Assembly (NCBI GenBank): GCA_051546255.1
Contig: CP128816.1
Location: 434,001-498,000 of the forward strand
Direction of reading: 5' to 3'
DNA from: Meyerozyma guilliermondii
Lineage: Eukaryota
Length of the DNA: 64,000 nucleotides
A program made the translations under genes and the position numbers. This document shows, one piece after another, positions 21,525-30,125 of the stretch (positions within the stretch are counted from its first letter, which is position 1; the number at the start of each line of letters is the position of its first letter). The notes beneath the pieces were generated by a model. It saw nothing but the letters and a program-made list of their open reading frames with translations, did not search any database and was not told where the DNA came from.

Positions 21525-22247
21525 ATGGATGCAAAAGGGTACTTACAGTCTTATGGCTGGCAAGAAGGGCAGGCATTGCAGGAAGGAGGTCTTCAGAAGC
21601 CCATTTTGGTGAAACACAAAAAAGATACCAAAGGTTTGGGTCATGGGACAAACGACGGAGATTTGTGGTGGGAACGATTATTTGATGGTCAATTAAAGAG
21701 CTTGGATGTGACGAGTTCGGGAGGAAATGTCGTTTTTGACCAGAATAAAGCGAATGTAGAGGCCTCTGTGAGAAAGAGCAACAGTCCGTTGTACCGAATG
21801 TTTGTAAAGGGCCAAGGACTCGAAGGAACAGTAGGCAGAAAGGCGGAGATCGAAAGAAAGAGAAAGCGAGAGTTTAGCGATGAGCAGGCGTTGGAAGACA
21901 TGGAGAGGATGGTGAGGCGATGTGGGGAGAAGAAGGAGAGGAAAGGAAAGGAGAAGAAGAAAAAGAAGGAGAAAAAAGAGAAGAAAGAGAAGAAAGAGAA
22001 GAAAGAGAAGAAAGACAACAAAACAGTGAAAGAAAAAGAGAGGAAAGACAAGAAAGACAGGAAAAAGAAAGACATAAAAGTGAAGAAAGACAGGAAAAAG
22101 AAGAAAGAGACGAAAAAGAAGAAAGAGACGAAAGAGAAGAAAGAGACGAAAGAGAAGAAAGAGACGAAAGAGAAGAAAGAGACAAAAGAGAAGAAAGAGA
22201 AAGACATAAAAGTAAAGAAAGTCAAAGTGAAGAAACAAAAAACTTGA
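21525..22247 (+). CDS. TMA23: Nucleolar ribosome-biogenesis protein with G-patch-like N-terminus and KKE tail
   Basis: MDAKGYLQSYGWQEGQAL...KPILVKHKKDTKGLG...WWERLFDGQLKSLDV...SPLYRMFVKGQGLEGT. Confidence 0.93.
   Translation: MDAKGYLQSYGWQEGQALQEGGLQKPILVKHKKDTKGLGHGTNDGDLWWERLFDGQLKSLDVTSSGGNVVFDQNKANVEASVRKSNSPLYRMFVKGQGLEGTVGRKAEIERKRKREFSDEQALEDMERMVRRCGEKKERKGKEKKKKKEKKEKKEKKEKKEKKDNKTVKEKERKDKKDRKKKDIKVKKDRKKKKETKKKKETKEKKETKEKKETKEKKETKEKKEKDIKVKKVKVKKQKT
21950..22240. repeat. Coding purine-rich tandem repeats in TMA23 (9-bp KKE and 18-bp KKETKE units)
   Basis: AAGAAAGAG and AAGAAAGAGACGAAAGAG arrays; these explain the overlapping low-complexity ORFs. Confidence 0.92.
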
Positions 22248-22392
22248 GTCACAAATTCAAACAAGAAGTTTCAATCATAAAGCATCTTTTGCATACCAAG
22301 TCCAACCTTAACTCAATTAATGATCCACACCATCCACTCAAAGTTTTGACGATCAGCCGCGCGCATTTCTTATAGATTGTTTAGCATGGGCC

Positions 22393-25300
22393 ATGAAGAC
22401 AACTAAGCCACCACCACCATCGGCCCATTTGTCTTCAGGCTCCAAATACCGTACATCCCAGTTTGTATCGCCCTATATTCCATGGAAATACCTTTTTATA
22501 GGGATAACCTTCGCTGTTCCTTTATTTCTATGGACCTTTTTGACGTCGCTTAAATTTTTATTTATCATCTCCACGATTGTATTTGTGTTTCTGGTGCTTC
22601 TGCTTGGTACCATAGTCGTTTTTAGCGCTTCCAAACCCCGTTATCGAGCCAGAGGGCGAAAATTCAATTTTTTACTGTCGCCTGAATATCATCAACAATT
22701 TAGCGACTCCCACCAAATACCACAAAATGACTCCAATTCACCTATCGGGCTCCTTTTGGACAAATTGATCACTTTGGTAGTCGACCAGTTCATCGAGAGC
22801 TGGTACGAAAGCATTTCGCCTTCAAAACGGTTTCCATTGGCCATCAGAAATGAGCTTCATCTAGTTGTGCGACGCTTTCAAGCCCGAATTGCATCTGTAG
22901 ACCTCTCGGATGTCATTGTAAACCGCATACTTGACATTATTCGAGAACACTTTACGTACTTTTGTCAGGCGGAAAACTTGGTCGAACTCAAGGGCATTTC
23001 TTCTCGAATAGCGAAAGATTCGAAGGAGTACCATCTAGCTGTGGCCCAGAATTATAATAGGGGAAAGCTCCATAAAGGAGTGAACATATCCGTTGATGAC
23101 CCCAGAAACTCAGGCTTGGACTTGCAAAAGGACCACTTGAGAAAAAAAGTAGCAGGTCTACTTCCAATTCTCTTGTCGCAAAGTGAAGCTTCTTCAGATT
23201 TAGTGGTGAGTTTAATCCGTGAAATACTTGCGTGCACGGTGCTCTCGTCAGTATGTGAGGTGGTAGCCGAAAGTGATTTCTTCAATCTCTTAATTGTCAA
23301 CTTCATTGGTGCTAATTTGAGACGACGAGACCAGGTCAAGAAGTTACGAGCTGCATTAGAAGAACATACAAGAGGTGCAAATAAAGCAAACATTAAGCAA
23401 AACCCAAAACGACCATTGAAGAGCGATATGAACGGCCAGACCGACAAAACTTTGAAGAGTGATCTAAACGACCAAAATGAAAGAACTTTCAATGATTTAC
23501 TTGAAAATTCAACCGACTTTTCTCAGGACTACGGGGTGGAGCTTGATGACATTCTTGGGTCTCCTAGAGCCCTTCAAGCGTTTAGAAGCTATCTACTTGA
23601 GCAGGGCCGCAAAAAGCTTCTAGATATATGGGAGCAGATCGAGTCCATCAAGTCTCCGCTTGAAGATCATGAGAACGCCGATTTATCGCTTTCGCTTGAA
23701 TTTTCATCAACTGACGATTTGACGAAAGCCTTTGAAATGTTGATCGGCTCTACTATGGTGGTGGATTCTGAGGAATTGGAGTTGTTATCACAATATATTA
23801 ACCAGAAACAATTCAGCAAAGCTCGTCGAATCTTGTTTCAGATCCAAAGTACTCTTTTTGATCTTTTGGCAGCAGAGGTGAACATTTTCATTCACAGCAC
23901 CTACTTTCATTTCAGCATGCTCTCGCTGGACCACAATGAGCTCGAGACCAAAGAGGACGAGCCAATGGCTGCGCTCGATATGACAGACGACATTGCGGAG
24001 AAAACTGAAGTCAGCCCTGTGGTATTCCACGCAGTGGAAGATGCGTTCAATGAGATCATGAAGAGCTCCAAAGCAACCAACGAAGACCAGTTTTACTCTC
24101 AGAAAGAGGGTAGTGCTTCGTTCACTTCGCTTTTAGAATCAGTGGAAGTTGGACCAAATATACCCACAGTTCCACTGACATTGGCTTTGAAAAAAGGTCT
24201 CTTTGGTGACGACAAAGATCTGACCTACGAAGATTCTTCATCAGCACCAACTGCTTCTCGTCTCTTTGAAGATGCCAGCGATACTTCTGATTCCGATAGC
24301 GACATGGATCCATTATCAGATCGAGAAACCGAATTGGGCGACCTGAAAGTGTTATTTGCTGCACCAGGTAACCTCAAGCTTTCGGAGGAGGTGGTTAATC
24401 TCGATAAAGATATCGAAAGGCTCTCGCAACAGATCATGATACTCACACCTCTTTTGCGTAAAGCAGAACTCACACACAACGTCACCGAACTAAAGATTTT
24501 GAAGAAAGCCAAGCTTGGTTTAGAAAGAGAAATCGACTCCAAAGAATTGCAAAAACAGCAATATATGGTACAAGAGAACGAGAACAGTTTGTACGGGAAA
24601 TCAAGAGTGCAAATCCAGTCGTACATCAGTGGCAGCGAGAAGGGAAAAGAGTATATTCTCTATATTGTGGAAGTGCAACGGTTTTTGAGCGATGATCCAA
24701 CTGTGCCCTCTGCTGGATGGGTAGTTGCCAGGCGGTTCTCGCAATTCCACCATCTCCATGTCTATCTTCGCAAACGGTATCCGCCAGTTGAAGGGCTCAA
24801 ATTCCCCAAAAAGGCAGTTCTGATGCTCAAGTTCCAGCAGCGCCAGCTCGTGGAAATGCGGAAGGCTGCGCTAGAAGAGTACTTGTGCCAACTATTGAAG
24901 CTTCCAGACGTTTGTGGAGACCGAGTATTTCGGTCATTTTTGTCGTCGGAGAACTTTAGTTTTAGTCGTCGAAAAAAGCCCAGTTTGCTCAAAAGTCTCA
25001 GTTCCACCAAAGGTATACGACCACCACCTAAACAAGCTTCAAATAAAGGCGCTCCAGTAGCCGGGTCTGCTGTTTCCAAGCTGATGCAGAACGAACTCAA
25101 CCAATACGACAGTCCAAGAGCATTTGTGAAGCCTATATGTGATTTGCTAATTGCAATCTTTGACCTCAATTCGTCCAAAGGGTGGTTGCGGGGCCGAGCG
25201 CTAGTGGTGATTCTCCAGCAGGGGTTTGGTACCACCATTGAGAACATGGTTCGAGACCAGGAAAGAAGCATTAGGAGCGAAAGCAGGGTTCATGATTTGA

Positions 25301-25581
25301 TCGAAAGTGTGACAAATATGCTTTTTCCAAACGGAAAGTTTCGAGATCCGCCCGCTGTTCGAACCACACAAGAGAAAGCTTTCACGAGGAAAGAAGCCAG
25401 GGCGCTTTTCAAAGCTTGGATGGACATAACATGCTCTCGTATTTTTGGCGGAGGCAGCACCAATTATGCCCACAGCCATCTTTTCGCCATGCTCCAAAAC
25501 GACTATTTAAACCTCCACTTGCTCCTAGTTGTTTTTGATGAAATCACCGATGCTATCCAAGCGGAAGAAAGTGAGCACTAA
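22393..25581 (+). CDS. MDM1: ER-vacuole tether sorting nexin (PXA, RGS-like, PX, PXC domains)
   Basis: N-terminal TM segments, FIESWY (PXA), GWVVARRFSQF...FPKK (PX), FVKPICDL...WLRGRA (Nexin_C). Confidence 0.92.
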   Translation: MKTTKPPPPSAHLSSGSKYRTSQFVSPYIPWKYLFIGITFAVPLFLWTFLTSLKFLFIISTIVFVFLVLLLGTIVVFSASKPRYRARGRKFNFLLSPEYHQQFSDSHQIPQNDSNSPIGLLLDKLITLVVDQFIESWYESISPSKRFPLAIRNELHLVVRRFQARIASVDLSDVIVNRILDIIREHFTYFCQAENLVELKGISSRIAKDSKEYHLAVAQNYNRGKLHKGVNISVDDPRNSGLDLQKDHLRKKVAGLLPILLSQSEASSDLVVSLIREILACTVLSSVCEVVAESDFFNLLIVNFIGANLRRRDQVKKLRAALEEHTRGANKANIKQNPKRPLKSDMNGQTDKTLKSDLNDQNERTFNDLLENSTDFSQDYGVELDDILGSPRALQAFRSYLLEQGRKKLLDIWEQIESIKSPLEDHENADLSLSLEFSSTDDLTKAFEMLIGSTMVVDSEELELLSQYINQKQFSKARRILFQIQSTLFDLLAAEVNIFIHSTYFHFSMLSLDHNELETKEDEPMAALDMTDDIAEKTEVSPVVFHAVEDAFNEIMKSSKATNEDQFYSQKEGSASFTSLLESVEVGPNIPTVPLTLALKKGLFGDDKDLTYEDSSSAPTASRLFEDASDTSDSDSDMDPLSDRETELGDLKVLFAAPGNLKLSEEVVNLDKDIERLSQQIMILTPLLRKAELTHNVTELKILKKAKLGLEREIDSKELQKQQYMVQENENSLYGKSRVQIQSYISGSEKGKEYILYIVEVQRFLSDDPTVPSAGWVVARRFSQFHHLHVYLRKRYPPVEGLKFPKKAVLMLKFQQRQLVEMRKAALEEYLCQLLKLPDVCGDRVFRSFLSSENFSFSRRKKPSLLKSLSSTKGIRPPPKQASNKGAPVAGSAVSKLMQNELNQYDSPRAFVKPICDLLIAIFDLNSSKGWLRGRALVVILQQGFGTTIENMVRDQERSIRSESRVHDLIESVTNMLFPNGKFRDPPAVRTTQEKAFTRKEARALFKAWMDITCSRIFGGGSTNYAHSHLFAMLQNDYLNLHLLLVVFDEITDAIQAEESEH

Positions 25582-25864
25582 CTAATTTTAGTTGTAAGGT
25601 GAAACTTTCCACAGCCATGGAGCATCGCTAATTTGAGGATTCTCGTCGGTCTTTGGAATACTTGTGCTCAGCCACAGCGCCAGTAATATATTCGAGCAAT
25701 TGAGTACTTGAGTCGCCTTGGACACAACATTATCCATATCGAATGATCTTGTCTGCAACTCCTACTTGTTGCAGCCGAGCCGCACTCCTATCACTGTCGG
25801 CTATATGCCGGACGGATCACTGACCTTACCTGACATTTGCTCCGGCTGCCAAGACCTTATTATT

Positions 25865-26536
25865 ATGGCACAAGACAAAACAAAAGTTCCCAAAGTACCC
25901 GACGGCTGGTTAGCCAAGTTTGACGACAAGTACAGCACGTGGTTTTACGTAAACTTGTCTACGAAAAAATCCCAATGGGAACCGCCAAACGGCACCACTT
26001 TCGACTCTCAATCTGGAGACGATGTTCCGCCACCGGCGTATTCTCCCAACGGAAAAGACAAACTAAGCAAGCCCTCTGTTTCCTCGAGCGGCCGCACCCC
26101 TAGTCCAGGACCCCTGGAGGGCCGAGGACTCTTGGGCAGCGTAATGGGTGGCCATCATGGACAGAACCAAGGAGGCTACGGTGGAGGTCCAGGTTACGGA
26201 GGTGGTTATGGGGGTGGTCCAGGATACGGAGGTGGATACGGAGGGGGATATGGAGGAGGTCCAGGTTATGGAGGTGGCTACGGCGGACCAGGTTATGGAG
26301 GTCCTGGTTATGGAGGTGGCTACGGTGGATATCCAATGCAACAACAGTATGGCAGACCTCAAAGAAGCGGATTTGGAGCAGGAGGAATGGCAATGGGTGT
26401 AGGTGGAGGTTTGCTTGGAGGAATGATGTTGGGACTGATGATGGACAATCACGACGACCAAATGGCTTACCAAGATGGCTACCAAGATGGTATGGATAAT
26501 GACATGGGAGGAGATATGGGCGGCGGAGACTTCTAG
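25865..26536 (+). CDS. WWM1: WW-domain protein with Gly/Tyr-rich tail
   Basis: PKVPDGWLAKFDDKYSTWFYVNLSTKKSQWEPP, PPPAY, GGGLLGGMMLG and a GGDF end; ATG at 25865. Confidence 0.9.
   Translation: MAQDKTKVPKVPDGWLAKFDDKYSTWFYVNLSTKKSQWEPPNGTTFDSQSGDDVPPPAYSPNGKDKLSKPSVSSSGRTPSPGPLEGRGLLGSVMGGHHGQNQGGYGGGPGYGGGYGGGPGYGGGYGGGYGGGPGYGGGYGGPGYGGPGYGGGYGGYPMQQQYGRPQRSGFGAGGMAMGVGGGLLGGMMLGLMMDNHDDQMAYQDGYQDGMDNDMGGDMGGGDF
26170..26332. repeat. Coding GGYGGGPGY repeat array in WWM1
   Basis: Repeated GGAGGTCCAGGTTAYGGAGGTGG-type units. Confidence 0.85.
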
Positions 26537-26710
26537 TTAGAAATGTCGGTTTAGAAGGTGCCAAGTTATGACCTAAATAGCAAAAATGTTTCTTTGGTGG
26601 TCTACAGTAGTGGTATGCAGAGGTACACCTTGCACCTAGAGGTTTACTAGGTGGTGTTCCTGCATGCACTCATGACTTTTCAATTCTCACCAATAAGATT
26701 CTACACAGTA

Positions 26711-27121
26711 ATGAAGTTCACCAGGGTGTTGAAACAGGCAGAAGAAGTGTTGGTCAAGGCCGCTTCCGGGTACCCCACCGGTATAGCCGGCTTGTACCAA
26801 CATCCCAACCCAAGACCTGCTCTCATAGCATTATATAACCACACTTTGAAGGTTTTGGAGTCCAAGTATCCCAAAGATTCGGTCTACAAACAATCGGTCG
26901 AAGCTTTGACGAAGAACAGACTCAAGATTGTGGAGCTGGAGGAGATTACCGAGAAAATCGAGAGCAAAATTGGCGGTGGTTTGATCGAGGAAATTGTTAT
27001 ACAAGCCCATGAAGAGTTGAGTTTGGCACAGCAGTTGGCGGAAATGAAGTGCTGGGAAGAATTGGAGGAGAAGCCGTTGGACGACCAATGGGTTTACTTT
27101 CAACGCAAGACGGCGCAGTAG
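26711..27121 (+). CDS. Mitochondrial complex I accessory subunit NDUFA5/NUFM (B13)
   Basis: PTGIAGL..HPNPRPALI.LY, SVYKQSVEALT, IESKIGGGLIEEIV, WEELEEKP..DQWVYF. Confidence 0.9.
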   Translation: MKFTRVLKQAEEVLVKAASGYPTGIAGLYQHPNPRPALIALYNHTLKVLESKYPKDSVYKQSVEALTKNRLKIVELEEITEKIESKIGGGLIEEIVIQAHEELSLAQQLAEMKCWEELEEKPLDDQWVYFQRKTAQ

Positions 27122-27377
27122 CATAAATAGAGAAGTGAAGAGAATGAAGAGAATGTAGGAAATGAAGAGAGAATGTAGGAGAGTGAGAGTGAAAAATGAA
27201 GAAGTGAAAAATGAAGTGGAGAAATGAGAAGTGAAGAAATAAGAAGTGCAGAGGTAAAAAGTGCAGAAGTAAAAAGTTAAATAGTGAAAAGAACGTGAAC
27301 AGTGAGTAGTGAAATAGCCGCTGCTTCTGCTCCTTCTACTCTCTTCTCTCCGCATATGTATAACATACTAAACTACA

Positions 27378-27995
27378 TTAACAACAGTTGTTCTTGAACC
27401 CAGTATTGCTGCCCTGCGACACATCAATGCCAGAGGGCCCGGTTCCAGCATCATTGTCTCCATGTTTTTCCTGGATCAACCCAGCCAACTCGTAGAAAAT
27501 CGAATCCACATTGTGGTTACTCTTGGCACTGGCTTCCAAAAATGGCACATTGAGCTTGGCTGCCAACTGCTGGCCCTCCTCGGTACTCACCTGTCTGCTA
27601 CTATCGTCGTCACACTTGTTTCCCACAAGGAAAATCTGGGCATCTTCATTGGCATGCTGGGTCACAGTCTGGTACCAGGTCTCTACATTCTCAAACGAGC
27701 GCAGATCTGTCACATCGTAAATCAAAACAATGCCCATGGCTCCACGGTAGTAAGCCGTGGTGATGGTCCGGAATCTTTCTTGACCAGCAGTGTCCCAAAC
27801 TTGCAACTTGATCTTTTTACCCTTACTTTCAATCGTCCGGATTTTAAAATCAATTCCAATGGTGGTGATAAACGAAGGATTAAACTTATCCTCCACGAAA
27901 CGAAGCAACAAACACGATTTTCCGACTCCGGAATCTCCCACCAACAACAACTTCATGATCATATCATAGGCTCTAGAAGGGGCTCTAGCACTCAT
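27378..27995 (-). CDS. SEC4: Rab GTPase for exocytosis
   Basis: [38 protein letters not shown]-terminal CC. Confidence 0.96.
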   Translation of the reverse strand: MSARAPSRAYDMIMKLLLVGDSGVGKSCLLLRFVEDKFNPSFITTIGIDFKIRTIESKGKKIKLQVWDTAGQERFRTITTAYYRGAMGIVLIYDVTDLRSFENVETWYQTVTQHANEDAQIFLVGNKCDDDSSRQVSTEEGQQLAAKLNVPFLEASAKSNHNVDSIFYELAGLIQEKHGDNDAGTGPSGIDVSQGSNTGFKNNCC

Positions 27996-28241
27996 TTTGG
28001 GACTAGGATCAACGTTTTACAATATCAAACCGTACAATATTACTCGCTAGTGTCACTGGATGTCAAAACAAACGTCCAGAACTCCGATACTGAGGTTTGG
28101 TGCGGAATTAATACGTCACCTAGAAGATGTCAGGTCCGTTCGCTCGGTTTCAATTGTCAGGCCGAGCCCCTGTGCAGGAAAACACAACCAGCAACGAGCT
28201 ACTGCGACTGCGACTGCGGTATGTCATTTATCTACTATACA

Positions 28242-30008
28242 TCAAAGAAACACCTCGGCGTTGATCTCCACCGACGACGCAGCGTAAGGAATGTCAAAAT
28301 GACCCATAACTTCCGGATGCAACACTCCAATAGCTCCAATGGTTTGTACTGGTGCACCGGGTGCGGAACGGAACAATACTTTGGCACCTCTTCCTGGGAA
28401 GAAAGTAGGGTTTTTGTCGTCTTGTTCAATCCAGTAGCCCTTGACGTCTTCCTCGGGCTTCTCCAACCACGGAGTACGCATGGTTTGCATAATCTTTCCC
28501 AAAAGACCCTGGACGTATTCGAAACCAGAAGTTTTTCCAGCGTAGATTGCACACCAGTTACGTTGATTGTAGGCACCTCTTTCCAACATTGGGTTCTTGA
28601 AAACCACATCTGCAGCCTCAAACACCTTGAGCGGCAACGCATGCTTTCTATTTTCCTTGATGGTCTTCAAGATTCCTGGAAGTAATGTAGTACGGACCAC
28701 TTGGTACTCTATAGTCTTGGGGTTTTCAAGAACAACCGCTGTGGTTCCGTCGTCCTTAGTTCTCAAGAACCGGAAGTTCTCATCGTGCGAGCACAAGGTC
28801 AAGGGCATAACCTCCAAATAGCCGGCCTGAGAAGACGCTATACGAAGAATATCGGCGATTTTATTCACTGGCAATGGAGAAGCCACCACAGAATCACTCT
28901 TGGGTTTGGTTTTCTTCAAGTTATTGAACCCATAGCCAATGGCTGCGTCTTCCATGATATCACACTGGTGCAATATGTCAGGACGAGTGATGGGAATCTC
29001 CACCTCAAGTAGTTTATCGGACTTGGGACGAGCACTCAAAGACATCTTTTTCAACAACTTGGCGATTTCTTCACCATTGTAGTCCAATCCAAGACACGAG
29101 TTGATATAGTCGATCTCGGCCTCGGCAGTCTTGGGCTCTATATTAGGGCAAACTCTCGACTCATTGTTGTGCTCAGAAATGATTTCAACTGGCTCGACAG
29201 TGAAAGGTTCCGTACAGTATCTGCTGAACATTGCGACCAATTGATTAATGACGATTTCCGTCTTCGTTTTGTCGGTACCAGTGACATCAAGCATAACATT
29301 CTTGGTCTCCAAAGAAATCTTGGAGTGATTGGAGTTGATGATTGGAGGCATGGAACATACTTGTCCCTTGGAGTCGTAAATGATGGGGTAAACCGGAGAA
29401 TCTTTGATGATATGAAGATACTTTCCGAGATTCTTATCCTTTTCGTAGAATGCCATCATTTCTTCTCCAGTCATTTCCTTGGTTTGGTTCAATGGAGCAA
29501 ATTTGATCTCCGATGGAGGCAATGCTTTGTACACAAATGGTGGTGTCAAAGTATCCAAGTCATGCGTACCCATGGCTACAAGGGTTCTGTTTCTACACAA
29601 GTTGGTGTGCAACTTATCCTGCAATGCAATGAACGAATCATACCGTCTTTTGTCAAATTTGACTCCTCTCAAAATCGCACAAGCCGCATACGGACGAATT
29701 TGAGTTGTGGATTTTTCAATGGTAAAAGTTGTTTGTGGCTTCGCTGGACTCAATTTGTACTGAGGCGCTTCACAGTTTCCCAAGAATTCATTCAATGCCT
29801 GGGCAATACCCTCGATACACAACATATCGTATCGATTCGCAGGAACCTCAATCTTCAATTGGGGCCTTTCGTCTCCTGTACATTCATCGGTGGTGTCTTC
29901 ATCTAATTCTAATCCGAAGTCAAAACAGAGCTCGTCAAACTCCTCAGTGGTGTACTCTCTGCCCAATAAAGCGTAGAGGTCGGCCTTATCAACTGGTATG
30001 GTAGGCAT
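28242..30008 (-). CDS. FRS1: Phenylalanyl-tRNA synthetase beta subunit
   Basis: [48 protein letters not shown]. Confidence 0.96.
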   Translation of the reverse strand: MPTIPVDKADLYALLGREYTTEEFDELCFDFGLELDEDTTDECTGDERPQLKIEVPANRYDMLCIEGIAQALNEFLGNCEAPQYKLSPAKPQTTFTIEKSTTQIRPYAACAILRGVKFDKRRYDSFIALQDKLHTNLCRNRTLVAMGTHDLDTLTPPFVYKALPPSEIKFAPLNQTKEMTGEEMMAFYEKDKNLGKYLHIIKDSPVYPIIYDSKGQVCSMPPIINSNHSKISLETKNVMLDVTGTDKTKTEIVINQLVAMFSRYCTEPFTVEPVEIISEHNNESRVCPNIEPKTAEAEIDYINSCLGLDYNGEEIAKLLKKMSLSARPKSDKLLEVEIPITRPDILHQCDIMEDAAIGYGFNNLKKTKPKSDSVVASPLPVNKIADILRIASSQAGYLEVMPLTLCSHDENFRFLRTKDDGTTAVVLENPKTIEYQVVRTTLLPGILKTIKENRKHALPLKVFEAADVVFKNPMLERGAYNQRNWCAIYAGKTSGFEYVQGLLGKIMQTMRTPWLEKPEEDVKGYWIEQDDKNPTFFPGRGAKVLFRSAPGAPVQTIGAIGVLHPEVMGHFDIPYAASSVEINAEVFL

Positions 30009-30125
30009 GGTGGGTGGTGAGTCGATGAAAAAATTCAGTAATTACCGGTGCGTCACATCCACACACCAGAAACTACCAGGGACCCGGTCTACATTTTACG
30101 TCGTCGGTAAATCTCATTATGTTCA

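Noticed and set aside
21689..22375. Phe/Ser/Leu-rich minus ORFs and the Glu/Arg-rich plus ORF
   Set aside because: Artefacts of the stop-poor TMA23 repeat tract.
26831..27355. 174-aa minus ORF
   Set aside because: Made of the low-complexity intergenic tract plus the antisense of NDUFA5.
27462..28685. 407-aa plus ORF
   Set aside because: Antisense to SEC4 and FRS1 with no domain signal; typical shadow of codon-biased genes.
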